Positions 47,996 through 60,566 are shown, counted from the first letter of the whole stretch. The stretch: 62,186 nt of DNA, filler included, from Rhabdomonas costata (GCA_019059605.1; 32 parts of 32 records of this genome joined end to end with filler, not necessarily neighbours in it), one strand, 5' to 3'. Notes: generated by a model from the sequence alone, not told the origin. Made by a program: numbers and translations.

Positions 47996-49814
47996 CTGCA
48001 CGGCATTGGGACATTATCCAGGTTGTCGGGAAGTCCTAAGGCCTTTGGAGATATCGACCGAAGGTGGAGGGTGGTTTTCGATATTTAACTTCATTTATAC
48101 TGCAAATTGGACACCGACCGGAAGGGAAACGGTAACAGCTTCGGGAAACTTTCGTAAAAAGACCGACTCCTCCCTCAGGGAATATCAGGTTGCTTTCTGT
48201 GGTGAAGAACAAACAACACCCCAGCACATCAATATTCACAACACTTTTGTCTTGGTATATTTCGCAGGTCTCAAAGTCTGTTGGAGTCCCACATATTCCT
48301 TCACTTTCCCTCCGTTTTTGTAGCAACCCGGAAGGCAAGACAGAGCACAACAGCACAGCACCACGAGATGCAATGGGCGGGAAGGCGTTCAACAACGGCG
48401 CAAGACAAGCACGCAATCAAAACCCAAAGCCCAATCCAGGAAGACAAAAACATGCAACAGGTTGTCCTCCCGAAATCAGCAAAGAAAAAAGTCCCTTAAA
48501 CACAAAAGCAATGGGGTGGACATGGGTATGCCTCGGGGTAGCCCAGCCGCTTCAGTGACACCAACACANNNNNNNNNNNNNNNNNNNNNNNNNNNNNNNN
48601 NNNNNNNNNNNNTTAATTAATTAANNNNNNNNNNNNNNNNNNNNNNNNNNNNNNNNNNNNNNNNNNNNTTTTGGGTGGGAGGAGGGTGGGGGTGGGGCAG
48701 TTCTGAATAAAGCATCGCCCAGCCCACCTGCTCCAGCTGCGCCGCGGACTGGCAGCTTAACATCTAAACTAATAGGATGCCTTTTGTCAGGTCAGAAAAA
48801 AAGACAGGAACGGACCATGCTTCTTCCTGCAGCCACACGGTTGCCTCCCCTTATGGAAAGGCGGGACTGCTGCGAGGACGAGCCCTGCGAAAGAACAACC
48901 GAATGGCCAGAGTGTGGGTGGGATTAGTGTGGTCACCACCGTTAACCACCAACAGCGCGGTGGAAAAGAAGAACCCCGTGTTTCAAGAATTGGTTTTCTG
49001 CTGACCTGTCGATTCTGGATCTAAATCCTTCCTTTTCGGGTTGCAACTTCTAAGAATGGGTGTGCCATTGCAAAGCATTTGACTTGGGACACAGAGAAGA
49101 AGAATGGATGGAACCAGACGCGAACTGGGCTCGTAGGACGGGGAAGCGCCAATCACCTGGTGATGAAGGTGAGGAATATTTGCTGAACTGCGGTTTAGAT
49201 ATTTAGAAGAGCGCTGTAACAGAAGTAATTTTCCGAGTTTGCCTGCTCTTTGTGTTTGTTGTCTCTTCTTCTGTTCTCTCTTCTTTATGAAACACGTTGG
49301 ACGTTGAAAACACGTGAAGGACGCAGACACCGTAACTTATTTGACTCCAGGATTTTCACAGTCCTTTTCTCCCTCTTTTTTCCTGTGATGAAAGGAAGAG
49401 TAACCTTCACAAATTGAGGAAGGGCACGGAGAGGGGCACACCGCCATCCCCATAGACTGAGAGAGCTGGACCCCTTTATCTTCTTGGTCCACCGTTCTAT
49501 CATTGTTCACCACCCGCAACTGCAAATCTGCAAAAAGAAAACGAATGATGCCAAGGCTAAGAAGGTACATCACCATGTCAACCACCCGGAACCTCACAAT
49601 CGAACAAAAAATGCAAAATATTTCAGAAGCAAAAAGGATTGTTGGTATTCAAATGTTGAACACACTCATGCAAAAGCATACCAAACCCGGAATCGCAGCG
49701 ACTACTTCACAGGCCGTTGCGAACCCACAGTGGCTGCAGGTGTGTGCGAGCTGCAGATATGACCGTCGAACTCGTTGGGAGTGGTCTTCAGTGAGGAGGT
49801 TGGGCAGGAAAGGA

Positions 49815-49964
49815 GTGACCACATTTTTATGGTTCTTGTGTGGACCGGGGACTGACACCGACTGCGTATGACGCTCTTCACTCTGCAGGTTTGTTTTCCC
49901 GAAGAAACCCCTTTGTTTTCTTGTCTTCGTGCGCGTGAGTGTGGAAACGCGAAGACAATCACAC
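49815..49964. repeat. Dispersed repeat, copy 2 (copy 1 at 7976-8145)
   Basis: Same collinear blocks as copy 1, same orientation on the + strand. Confidence 0.85.
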
Positions 49965-50239
49965 AATTGCACACATGCACAAGGGAATCTTTTTCGCCGA
50001 TTCTTTTTGGGGGGTTCACTGGATAGGAGGGGGGTGGGGTGCTGTCCGGCATCGAAAAACGCTGAAGGCGTGGTTTCGTGGAGGTCTTTTCTGCCTCCAG
50101 AGGGACTTCAAAGCTCTCTCTCATACATTCACACATTTCAGAAAGGGTGCGTTGACATTGGTGAACGAAAAGGGAGACAAGAACGTTGCAGAGAAGGCGC
50201 GAAAAAATAATCGGAAGAAAGGAAGAGAAAAGCAACCAG

Positions 50240-50360
50240 AGATCGTGGAAATGTAGTGGTTCACTTGATCCGCGCGATCCTTCAAGGCGTTTTCCAGATC
50301 CTCAATCCGCCGGTCCCTTTCCTGCAGCCCGCGCTCATACTCTCGGTTTTCCATTTTGAC
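50240..50360 (-). CDS. Probable coiled-coil protein exon, boundaries approximate
   Basis: MENREYERGLQERDRRIEDLENALKDRADQVNHYISTISG with heptad-like pattern, followed by GT and a pyrimidine-rich intron-like tract. Confidence 0.4.
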
Positions 50361-50757
50361 TCTGACTCGCACTCACACGTGTACAAAAAAGGGGGCGCGA
50401 ATGCCCTTCCAGCTTCTTGGGTCAAACCAACCAAACACCACCGGTTCCGTACAGCTCCACGATGCCAAAAGAAAGGCACCGGTAACAAAATAAAACACCC
50501 TTCTTCAAAACAACANNNNNNNNNNNNNNNNNNNNNNNNNNNNNNNNNNNNNNNNNNNNTTAATTAATTAANNNNNNNNNNNNNNNNNNNNNNNNNNNNN
50601 NNNNNNNNNNNNNNNGGGGTGGGGGGTGGCAGGAGGTCAATACAACAGCGGAAGTTCCGCCGTCGCATGAGACAATGTGCGTAGCTACGTATCGTGGCTA
50701 CATTGGCAAGACGTTTGGGACGAGACGGTAAGAAAGTAAGTCAAGAAAAGTCACAAC

Positions 50758-52380
50758 CGCTTGTCCACGGAGCAGTAGAACTTCGTTTCCTCAGTCACCG
50801 CGTTGGTTTCGCCGGTGCTGCCTCCCGAACCGCTCTGAAGCCCGCTGAGCTGCTGCAGCATCGCGTGCCCCAGGGCCGCTGCGCGGTCGGTGTGCGCGAT
50901 GAACGCGAACCCCTCTGCGGGCTTGTCCTTGACCAGAAGCTGCACAACAGAAAGCTCCACAGGGGAGGAGCCAATCCCGATAGGCTCGTAGCTGATCGAA
51001 GCCAGGCCTATATTTGCGTGTATGACACACTGGTTGGGTTGTTAGCTGCCTGGGCGTGATTTGAAGTAAGGTGGCGTCAAGTCTCTCGCGCAAGCAGCGG
51101 TGTCGAACAAAAGGCAAGTGCATCACCAAACATGGCAGAGAATCCATCTGGATGGCGCCGAGGCGCAATCCGGCTAAATAACCTCTACTTGGGACACGAG
51201 CATCGCTAACTAACACCCTGCGAGACCAAATAACCTCTCCTCGCAACATGCCCATCATACCGCCACACAACAGATCCTACAATCTTGAAAGCAATAGGCG
51301 GCACAAGGCACTGGGAGGAGCTCGTCACAGGGTCAACTACAGACCCGCTGGCGGCGACGGTTCTCCGGAGAGGGTATGGCCGTAACCTAGTGGCTAGGTC
51401 GCCCAGGTAACCTAGTCACATCCTGGACACAGACAAAAAAATTCTTGTTCTTACCCACCTGAACAAAGGTCATTTTGCACCTTCCTTCTGCAAACCGTTG
51501 TCAGAGAGAGAGAAATGTAAAACCTTGTAACAACAGAATGGAAAGGAATTTTATTACCCATCAGCCCCACACAACTCTGCAAAGTGAACCTGAGGTGCTC
51601 CTTGCAAGCTGATCCACGAAGGACACTTGCAACTCAGCCAGAGGCAGCTCCATCGTCAGCTGCACACGGCGCTTCCCCACAGGTTCGGTGTGAACCACCG
51701 CACCGCGGTGCTCCGAGCACATCGCACTGACGATGTTGGCGTGCTCCAAAGGGGCCATCACAGTAGCCCGGGCCATAGTCTCGAAATACTTCACTGCCCC
51801 AGAGGCCTGTGGAATCCTTTTCAGGGAAGGAGAATCCGAAAACAATCAAGCCTCAGAGTTGCGAATACGCAGCACCAAAAATGGAGAAGAGTGGACGAGG
51901 GCGAAGGAGAGCCGAGCACGCTGGAAAACGTCGGCGAGGAAAGTTGGCGTGGAGGCTGGAGAAAAAAGGAGACAGACTGTTCTAGAGACTTCCCCGCAGA
52001 AGGATAAAAACACTTCACCATTTTGAACAAATCTCATTTTTCGAATCTCGCACCCCCCAATTTTCACATACCCACTCCCCCACCACCAAAATAAAACAGG
52101 AACTGGGCTAAAAGTCAGGACTCACCTGAACTCACCATTGAGCTGAATTTGACCCACCTGACGGGAGTAGTACAACTCCCGGGAGCCGTTTACGGACAGG
52201 TTGCAGCAAGATGAGACCATAAGGCGACTGAGTTCGCCAGTGGATAGCCATGCCCAAGGAGGAGGTCTGCGCGCTGCCACACCACTCTGACGAGGTGGCG
52301 AGGTCCTTGATGGTCCCATTCCGGAGCTCAACCCGGACAGGGGTAGCCGCTGGGGTGACCAAAACGCCTTGGCCCCCCAG
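50758..52380 (-). CDS. Divergent LepA/GUF1 (EF4)-like translation factor, three internal exons
   Basis: Exons 52380-52283, 51816-51590, 51007-50758: VLVTPAATPVRVELRNG...KYFETMARATVMAPLEHANIVSAMCSEHRG...RVQLTMELPLAELQVSFVDQLARSTSG|LASISYE...VQLLVKDKPAEGFAFIAHTDRAAALGHAMLQQL aligns by eye to EP...ATI..P.EY...C..RRG...LPL.E....F.D.LKS..SGYAS.DYE...H...A...G. Confidence 0.8.
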
Positions 52381-53649
52381 CTGTGCCCGCACGAGCGCGC
52401 AGCAGAAGTCCTTCAGCGGCTACCCCTGTCCGGGTTGAGCTCCGGAATGGGACCAACAAACNNNNNNNNNNNNNNNNNNNNNNNNNNNNNNNNNNNNNNN
52501 NNNNNTTAATTAATTAANNNNNNNNNNNNNNNNNNNNNNNNNNNNNNNNNNNNNNNNNNNNTGTGTTGTGTGTTTGGTGTGGGGGTGGGCAGGGGGCAGT
52601 GGTGTTGGCAAGGCAGATATCGGCAGATATGCCAGGGCCAAAAGTTGCACAGGAAGACGAGTATGTTAACCAGAGTGGGTGCTCTTCCCACTCGGAATGC
52701 GAGGGACGAGTCCAGAACACTTCCCTCCCATTTCAAGTTCTGGCTTGGGCAAAATGCGCTCTGCCTTCTAAAGCAATACCAGTGAGGTGCAACACACAAG
52801 TGAATCAAAATGATACGCTACCAACTTCCGCCCCATCTATTCCGCAGAAGCGTGAAAGAGATGAAACCAAAGCGCCCCTCCCTCAGCTCGAACAAAATAC
52901 TTCCAGCCAATGCCACGAACCCAAACTGCTCTGCAACACACTTGCCTCAGCCCCACCTCCCGAGCAAATTGAGAGAAAAAACTGTACACCTACACCTACA
53001 TCCACGAGGGTACCGTAAGTGTACCCATGGGTAACTTCCATTGCATCACCTCGCGCGGGGCTTGAGATGATTACCCATCCATTTACAAACACCTTATTTC
53101 GTCTCGTGCCCATCCTGTGTCACCAGTACAAAACAGACCCACATGTCCCCCCCTCCCAAGGCAAGAACCTCATAAACTCCCTGCAACCCAAAAGGAATGG
53201 TCCAAAACAAAGCACATGACTGTGTACAGCATCGCTCATAACGTAAAACATTTCGGCACATCAACGCGCATCAACGCCACCGCAAAGGCGTCTTAGCAGC
53301 AGAAAACAGTATATTCACATGCAAAGAAAACAGCGCAGCAGTTGCTGGGCTGAGCACTGAGAAAATCCTCACGGCGCGGTGTCAGCTCCTGCTGAGCTTC
53401 GCGCAGCTGGCCGTTGCGTCTGTGTCAGTGACGTGCGGGTGAAGGGGAGTCTGAGCGTCCGCCAGGACACTGAGTGAGCATTTTCATTCTGCGTTGCGTA
53501 GGGGTTGGTCTGAGATGTTTTTCTTACAGCCTACACCAAAGTAAACAGCAGGTTTGAGAGAGGAAAACAAAGGAAACTCGGGACTATTTTTTTGGTCTTT
53601 GAAAACGGTTGCAATGAAACATTAAAACATGAACCACCATGAACGCTGC

Positions 53650-54332
53650 CTACGGGGCTGTCTCCGCACCGGTCGAGCCCCCACCCGTCCCCGGGGTGCT
53701 GCTCAGCAGCTGCAGCCGCAGCGGGGCCATCAGGCCCCACTTCGGGTGCACCATTCGCGCCCACTCCGCGGCGTTGTCGCGGTACCACACCGCGGCGCTG
53801 TCCGTGGGGTGGGCCGCCAGGTGGGCCTCGAAGTGAGTGAGGGCGGTTTCCGCACTTTCCGTGGCCCCTTCCGGGCACACCGACAGGGCCTTCACCCCGA
53901 GCTCGAACTGGACGTACTGGGCGCGCTCGTTCTCCTAAGCGGAGGAGGGTGCACGTTTTCAGTCTGGCGCGCAAGAGAAACCCTCCATGAGTCATGTAAG
54001 TAATACACTCGGTCCTTGATTAAAATTCGCTGCACTCTTCTGTCTTGGGCTCACCAACAATGGCCACAGCATTCGTCGTGGCCGTGGCCATATGGCTGCT
54101 GGCGTGCGATGTGAAACGTCGAGCGGGGAAATGAAGTCGGAAGGGAGACGACACAGTCCAAGCAAGCCACCTTCTCCTTCAGCTGGTACATCCACTCATC
54201 GTCCGCCTGCTCCGGACCCGCAATGGCCTCGTAGGCCTTCTCCGCCTTGCCCTCGCCCAGGGGCAGCACAAAGGCTAGCCGGCACTGCACGCTGATGTTG
54301 ATCTGGGAGTAGATCATGTGGTCCACCAGGAC
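53650..54332 (-). CDS. C-terminal region of a probable class III adenylate/guanylate cyclase
   Basis: Exons 54332-54171 and 53934-53650 (stop): VLVDHMIYSQINISVQCRLAFVL...AYEAI...DDEWMYQLKEK|ENERAQY...FEAHLAAHPTDSAA; DEWMY[QE]L followed by a TPR-like tail is recalled from discoban cyclases. Catalytic core not in the contig. Confidence 0.55.
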
Positions 54333-55041
54333 CTGCAGTGGGAGCAACAGCACAGGATGCGAACGAACGAAACGAACGAGTCCTTGAAGTACTTGAGCAA
54401 CCCAACANNNNNNNNNNNNNNNNNNNNNNNNNNNNNNNNNNNNNNNNNNNNTTAATTAATTAANNNNNNNNNNNNNNNNNNNNNNNNNNNNNNNNNNNNN
54501 NNNNNNNCTCTGGGCCCGCCACCACGATGCCGTGTCCGTCTCCATCGGCGCGCGCAACCAATAACAAACCCCCGCACACAACCCAACAAGAGACGACCGC
54601 TTCAACGGTTGGTGTCACCAGATTGCAAAGGCTGCAGCGGAAATGGTGCAGCGGATGCCAAAAAGAGTCTGCGGCCGTGGGAAACGGCGCGGGTACTAGC
54701 TGTAATATCTGCTGTTGGTGGTGGTGGTCTGCAATGGTCAACAAACGTCAACCATGCTCACCTGTGGTGATGGCGGCATGTCTGCACTGCGTTCCCATCT
54801 GCGACCCGCGTCCTCCACCAGGGAGAAGCCGATAATCCTCTTAGTGATCATTTTAATACCAGTTACCAAATCTAATCATAATCACCAGAGAATTGGGTAT
54901 ACCGTGGAACCGTGGAATACCGAGAGACTGTTTATTGTGGATGAGCGGATGGGGGTGAAGGGGCCAGGCTACCAGAGTCATTAGCTGATTTCTCATCTCA
55001 CTGATCCGCTTACGGTGACGGTTGTGGTGAGCGGAGGTCGG

Positions 55042-55617
55042 TTATCGGTGCTTCGTCATCTTCCCCGGACACCTCTCGGAGAGCTTTGGCATGGGCTGGG
55101 CAAACCGTATCCTGTGCACCGCCGGACACTCCGCAACCATCATCCCATGGTGGTACACCAGAAACCGGGTGGTGGTGGAGTGGCGATGCGGCCGCCACAG
55201 AGTGTGTCCGGAGGTGAGGTCTGCGACCTGAAACACCCCGGGGGCCTGGAACCCACATAGCTTGGCATGGGGGTGGCCCTTGCACAGTGGGCACAAGGGT
55301 CGGGCAGCCGGGGCGAGGTGGAACCACCGTGTTAGGCAGGCCTGGCAGAAGCCATGGTAGCACGGGAGAAGGAAGGTGTCCACTTGGGCGTGGAGACAAA
55401 TGCAGCACTCCCCGAAGGGAAGGGAGGGGGCAGAGGCCGGAGGAGGGGAGGACGAGGATGGCTCTGGAGGCCCTTCCTCCGGAGTGACAGAGGTGGCTGT
55501 TGAGGAGACGGTGAGAGCGCTCCGAATGGAAGTGGACGTGCTGGTGGAGCTCACGGAGTGGGCGTCCCAGTCGAGCTCACTATCGCTGGCGACGGTGATC
55601 ACCTCGGAGGACGACAT
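55042..55617 (-). CDS. Intronless C3HC4 RING-finger protein with N-terminal SIM-like motif
   Basis: 191-aa ORF MSSSEVITVASDSELD...CCICLHAQVDTFLLPCYHGFCQACLTRW...CPLCK; complete RING-HC ligand set. Confidence 0.85.
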   Translation of the reverse strand: MSSSEVITVASDSELDWDAHSVSSTSTSTSIRSALTVSSTATSVTPEEGPPEPSSSSPPPASAPSLPFGECCICLHAQVDTFLLPCYHGFCQACLTRWFHLAPAARPLCPLCKGHPHAKLCGFQAPGVFQVADLTSGHTLWRPHRHSTTTRFLVYHHGMMVAECPAVHRIRFAQPMPKLSERCPGKMTKHR

Positions 55618-56536
55618 TCTTTTGGTGGGTGTGCTCAGCGGTTGGGGATGGGAAGGGGACGCCACCACCAATGACTAACGTAGAAGAGAACAGGCCCTTG
55701 TAAAAAAGAAGTAGAAAAACAGAGAGCATATCAGCTGACACGATGGGTGCCTCAACCCAACCCAGCCTTGACCTTGAACAGAATATTCTTTTCCGAAAAC
55801 TCGTCAGCACATTTGAACCTTTCATTCTCGCGCAACTAGCCAGGAAGTGGAAAGAGTTCAGCATGAATAACCATCCCAGAAAGGACTTGAATTGGGCATC
55901 TCAATTTCCGCCAGCCGGTATTCCCGTCGGTTCCTAGGCATCTCCGCCCAACATCTTCTTTGGCTTTGGTGGGCGTAATCAGACCCTTGATATGAAGCCC
56001 TCCCAGAAGAAAGAGGGGTAAACAAGATCTCAACGCACGGCAACAAACCCGACTGGGTACCCCCCTCTTAGCTTCGAAGACTTCACGCAATACTCAGGAG
56101 GACAGGAGCGACTCCCTTCGGCAACAACACACAACAACTGCAGCAACGGCGAGTGGTGAATGCACTGCTATTCACAGAAGATCGAAGAGCGTGAATGAGA
56201 GGGGGGGCACAAAACGGAAACGCAACCAGAGGAGCGGGATGAGCTCCCGCGACGGGTCACCAAAAATAGGGTGCGCGCAGGCACATACCCACACACAGCA
56301 ACACAAACAAGAGAACGCGGCGCAACAATGCCTCCTCCTCACCACCAACCCNNNNNNNNNNNNNNNNNNNNNNNNNNNNNNNNNNNNNNNNNNNNTTAAT
56401 TAATTAANNNNNNNNNNNNNNNNNNNNNNNNNNNNNNNNNNNNNNNNNNNNAAGGTGGCGTGGACTGGGGGCGCAAAGGTTTTGCGGTTTGAGGAGGCTG
56501 GTCGGTGGTTAACGTGGTGCGACTAGTTGGGTAGGT

Positions 56537-58296
56537 TCACTCAGACGGTGCTTGAAGGTGAGGGGTCGTCTGGTTGATGGATACGTAGCTGGAGATCTGT
56601 GACATTGCAGTATTCAGCGATTGTATGTGCCAATTGAAGAAGTAAACGCGCTTAAGCTGACAATCATGATTTGGTGAGCACTCTAATCCAGCGGAAAGAT
56701 AAAAAGACGGGCAGGCTTGTGAGAAGTAGATGGACTGGACGTGAGCTGCCGCTTGGATTTTGAGCTCAGCGCGATGGCAGCGAAGCGGATTGCAGAGTTG
56801 ATGCATGTGAAATTCAGATCCAAAGTGTGGGGTGGTGATAATGGCCGTCGCGTCGTTGGAGAGATAATTAATGTGATTGGTAAATGTTTGTGGTTTTTGA
56901 GGGAAATTATTAGGGTTAAATGTGCGGAGAGTATAAATACTTGTATTGAAAATGTGTGCAAGAAGTGTCCCCACAATGGAGTCGGTAATGAGCTCAATTT
57001 TGAGGAGCCCGTCAAAAACGCGAAACAGAAAGTTGGCAAGGCCATGTTTACATATGAATTCGCACTGGTGCCAGATGCCAGTACGGAAGATGGTTTCAAT
57101 GAGGTCAGCTAAAGGATGGAATATCAATGGTAGTAAGGCGGATCGTGTCTCAAATGTAAACAAGTTGGTGAGCAATAGAAATGCGCATAAATCATAGACG
57201 TATGTAGGGCAAGTGAGACGAAAGATCCAAAGGATGCGGTTAGTTTCGATTTGGCAAAAGGTGGAGTATCTTTTGGGACTAGCGTTGCCAAGATGCCAAA
57301 TGTGCCACTGCAAATGAGAGAATGTGCTTGGCTCGACTGGTTTAAGGAAGGTGTCGTTGCGCTGAAGGTGGTTCAATGCGGAAGTAATGACTTAGTGTGA
57401 ACCAAGGCAAGAGTAGTCCATGGAGAGGAGACGGTTCAGAATGCCTTCTATGATGTTGACGTGGTTTGTATAGTGGGAGAAGCAAGGGATGAGATCGGCT
57501 TCGAAAGATATTGTTCCCTGTCATAGGTTTTGATGTCAATCCGACTCGTTTCGAAGCTGCGCGTCGAGCGCTTGTGGAATCGAGTTGTGTCTCAATGGTG
57601 AGGTGATGAATGTATGAGGTATGGTACACGGTAGAGTACTTCTGATTCAGCAATTAGTACGGCTTGTGGATCGCCATGTAGCACATGTACGTGTTCCACA
57701 GATGTGGGAGGCATAACCACGGAGGTAGAGTGCTCCACAACTGGAGTCAAACTATCTCCCACTGAATTTGAATAAAGTGGTATGGATGCGGAAGAGTGGG
57801 CTGTGCAATAGGACGTCTAAATGTACCATCAAACTGGAAGTCAAGCGACGATGTACGGAAATGATGTGGAGGGGATGGGAGCGCGACGGACGGCGCCGTC
57901 TTACCGGAGTGGGTGGTTATCAGACTCACTGTCTGAGGAGGGGGGTTGCGGTGGATGTGGACCAGTGGCAGATCCGCTGAAGGTAAACACACTTTGATAA
58001 TGTGATTGTTAATGTAGAGTGACACTGAGATCGACTCGGGAATCTGGTGGTTGTGGTGGTTCACCGTATACAATGTCGACGTCGTATTCGAGGGATCGGT
58101 TTTGCAAACTTGGTATGTGATAAGCTGGCTCGTGTTAAAGACAGGACTAACAGCTACGGGAAGTTTTTGTATGATGTTCATCCCCATAGAAGTGCAACTA
58201 ACAACCTTCTGGATGGAAAATGGTCCTTTGATTTCGGTGACATGGAATTCCGATGGCCGAAGGTTCGTTTGTGCTTGCTTTGAAAAACCAAAACCC
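56537..58296 (-). pseudogene. Long intronless decayed ORF of unknown family (transposon or virus-like)
   Basis: Successive open segments on one strand (58187-57747, 57653-57342, 57376-56537) cover most of the contig, separated by few stops or frameshifts; A/C-rich coding strand and low GC3, unlike host exons. Confidence 0.45.
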
Positions 58297-58401
58297 NNNN
58301 NNNNNNNNNNNNNNNNNNNNNNNNNNNNNNNNNNNNNNNNTTAATTAATTAANNNNNNNNNNNNNNNNNNNNNNNNNNNNNNNNNNNNNNNNNNNNGGGG
58401 T

Positions 58402-59130
58402 TTGGTGATAAAGCACGGGCTGCTTGCGGTTGTGATGGCCTCCCTGCCGTACTCCGATGATGACTGGAAGGGCGCGGTGCTGGTGCTGGTGTTCAACGTT
58501 TTCTGGTTATTGGTAATGCCGCGCAGTTCTTACCTTGACATTGGCACCCTCGTGGTGTCTAACGTGATGCTGAGCCTGTTCGCGAAGAAGATTTGCACAG
58601 AGGTACATGCCACCTGTCTCTGGGCTGCTTTTGCAGACGCAAGAATAGCGTTATTCCGTCATGGGCGGCTGTGTCCTTGTTTGTGCCCCGCCCTGCAAAG
58701 TCAATGCATTGACATCGTAACGGTTCCGTAGCAACCACGCAGCCACGCCTGCCCTTCTGGTGGATCATCCTGGTTTTATTTCTGCGGCCATCCAATTCCA
58801 ATTATCTCTTACCACAGTCCCCTAATAACAATGACAACAATTGGTCCGGGCTGCCCGTTGTTTCAGTTTCACCTGGTGCCTGGGCTGCTGCCGCCCGAGC
58901 GGTGGGCTATTCTTCTGGGCAGTAACGCCCTTGTCGGGGTGATCTTCTGGGCTTGGCTGATCCGCAAGGCTGGAAAAGAGGACCGAGAGACGTGGTGGAA
59001 TATCCTTAGCGTGGTCCTGCTGGTGCTCACCCTGGCGATTCTCATCGCCTTTGATGTCATAACCATCTACCACGTAATGTACAGCTTGGGCCGGATCAAG
59101 AGCCTTCTGCTCACGGGAAGCATGACGTAA
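58402..59130 (+). CDS. Multi-pass membrane protein, last two exons, family unknown
   Basis: Exons contig start-58602 and 58867-59130 (stop), GT-AG phase 0, about five hydrophobic segments. Confidence 0.7.
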
Positions 59131-59990
59131 GCCCCCAAAACCCGCAGTGTTGCTAAACTTCTTTCGGAGCGAACGTGTGGATTTGCTTCTGTGCGTCTTC
59201 TGCCCAAATGGAACGTGTTTGACCATGCACAGCTACCCTGACTTAGTGTCTCTCGGTTTGTGACAATTTCGGTCCGCGTTGGGGCTGAGTGGGGAGCATG
59301 CAGCAGTTTCACTGACGGAGTAAGTCGCAATGCTGGGTGCGGGTTTCAGGGGGCGGGTGCACGGGGACTCACCCCGGTCAAATGTACATTATTGTTTGTG
59401 GTCCTGATGCAGTGCGGCCCAAAACATACGCGATGTTGGCGCTACGTTGCAGTGCACACCCCTTAAGGGCACTAACGCACTTTACCGCAGTTTACTGCAA
59501 GTTAGCTTCATTTTATTGTAAGTCAAATTTTTGGAAAGGCTGGTTCCGCGTCCACTCCTCCAGCCAGCCCCCAGCCCCCAGCGCACAAAGCGTCGATTAA
59601 GCTGCCGGGCTGAAGTAGTTTTCGAGGATTTTGTGTGTGGAAATGGATTGGGCAGCTTGGGCAGGAGGACGCAATACAAGGCTTTGCTACGTTAGCCTTT
59701 CTGTGGGGAGCTGGCGCCATTTACTTCCCCTTTAAGCCACACAGCCGCGCCACCTCGTCAAAAGGGATCCACGCTTTGCAAGACCCGCTGCCCGTCCTGT
59801 TCTCTAAGCTTACCACTCCATTTCTTTTCAAGATGCGCTACAGTCCGCCCCCGCCAAAACGAGTTCACAAGAATCAGGCGCTCGGAGAGTCGCATGTGTG
59901 TGCTTTTGCTTGCGCCGGGCTCGCCTTGACATTTTTCTATTTTTTCTTGATTCGATAGCGCTTGTTTTATTTGTTTATTTGTTTTCACCG

Positions 59991-60225
59991 ATGGCAATGT
60001 CCAACAAGGAGGCCGAGGCCAACTCCAGGGTATCACCCGTCTACCCGGCCCACCAAAACCCCAGAAATCAGCCGGTGTACCCGGCCCAAGGCAATGGTAG
60101 AAACCAGCCTGGGTTCCCCGCTCCAGGCGATGCAAGAATTCAGCCGGTGAATCCGGCTGCGAAGGCCCCGGGTGAAGACGAGCTCCTGGAGTTGGCCTCG
60201 GCCTCCTTGTTGGACATTGCCATCG
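59991..60225 (+). CDS. First exon of a protein with four 12-aa Pro-rich repeats
   Basis: ATG after a T-rich tract and AG; RVSPVYPAHQNP-RNQPVYPAQGNG-RNQPGFPAPGDA-RIQPVNPAAKAP; GT donor at 60226. Confidence 0.65.
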
Positions 60226-60566
60226 GTGAAAACAAACCCACNNNNNNNNNNNNNNNNNNNNNNNNNNNNNNNNNNNNNNNNNNNNTTAATTAATTAANNN
60301 NNNNNNNNNNNNNNNNNNNNNNNNNNNNNNNNNNNNNNNNNTGTGGTGAATAAGCATTTATGCGGGCGAGTCAGGACAATGCAAAAGATTATTTCATCCA
60401 TTGCACTAAACAGCGATTACATTGAGTTACCTTGACTTCTTATCCTCTGTCTACCGAAATGTCATTAAGAGTAGATGCAAGGCAGCGAGCGTTTCGCTGT
60501 CTTTGCTGTGGCCCGTGTGCGGCTCTCCCCCTTTCCACTCACTCACTGTCTCTCTCTCCATCACAG

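Noticed and set aside
52311-52455. Long terminal hairpins (also at 4-181, 9510-9631, 19304-19367, 37001-37119) as MITEs, structured RNAs or euglenid non-conventional intron stems
   Set aside because: All abut contig ends and run into primer-like tails, and one duplicates coding sequence; best explained as amplification fold-backs.
1848-60341. Regularly spaced identical TTAATTAATTAA units resembling a repeat array or CRISPR
   Set aside because: They are N-padded assembly spacers; ORFs ending in X..LIN or N are artefacts of them.
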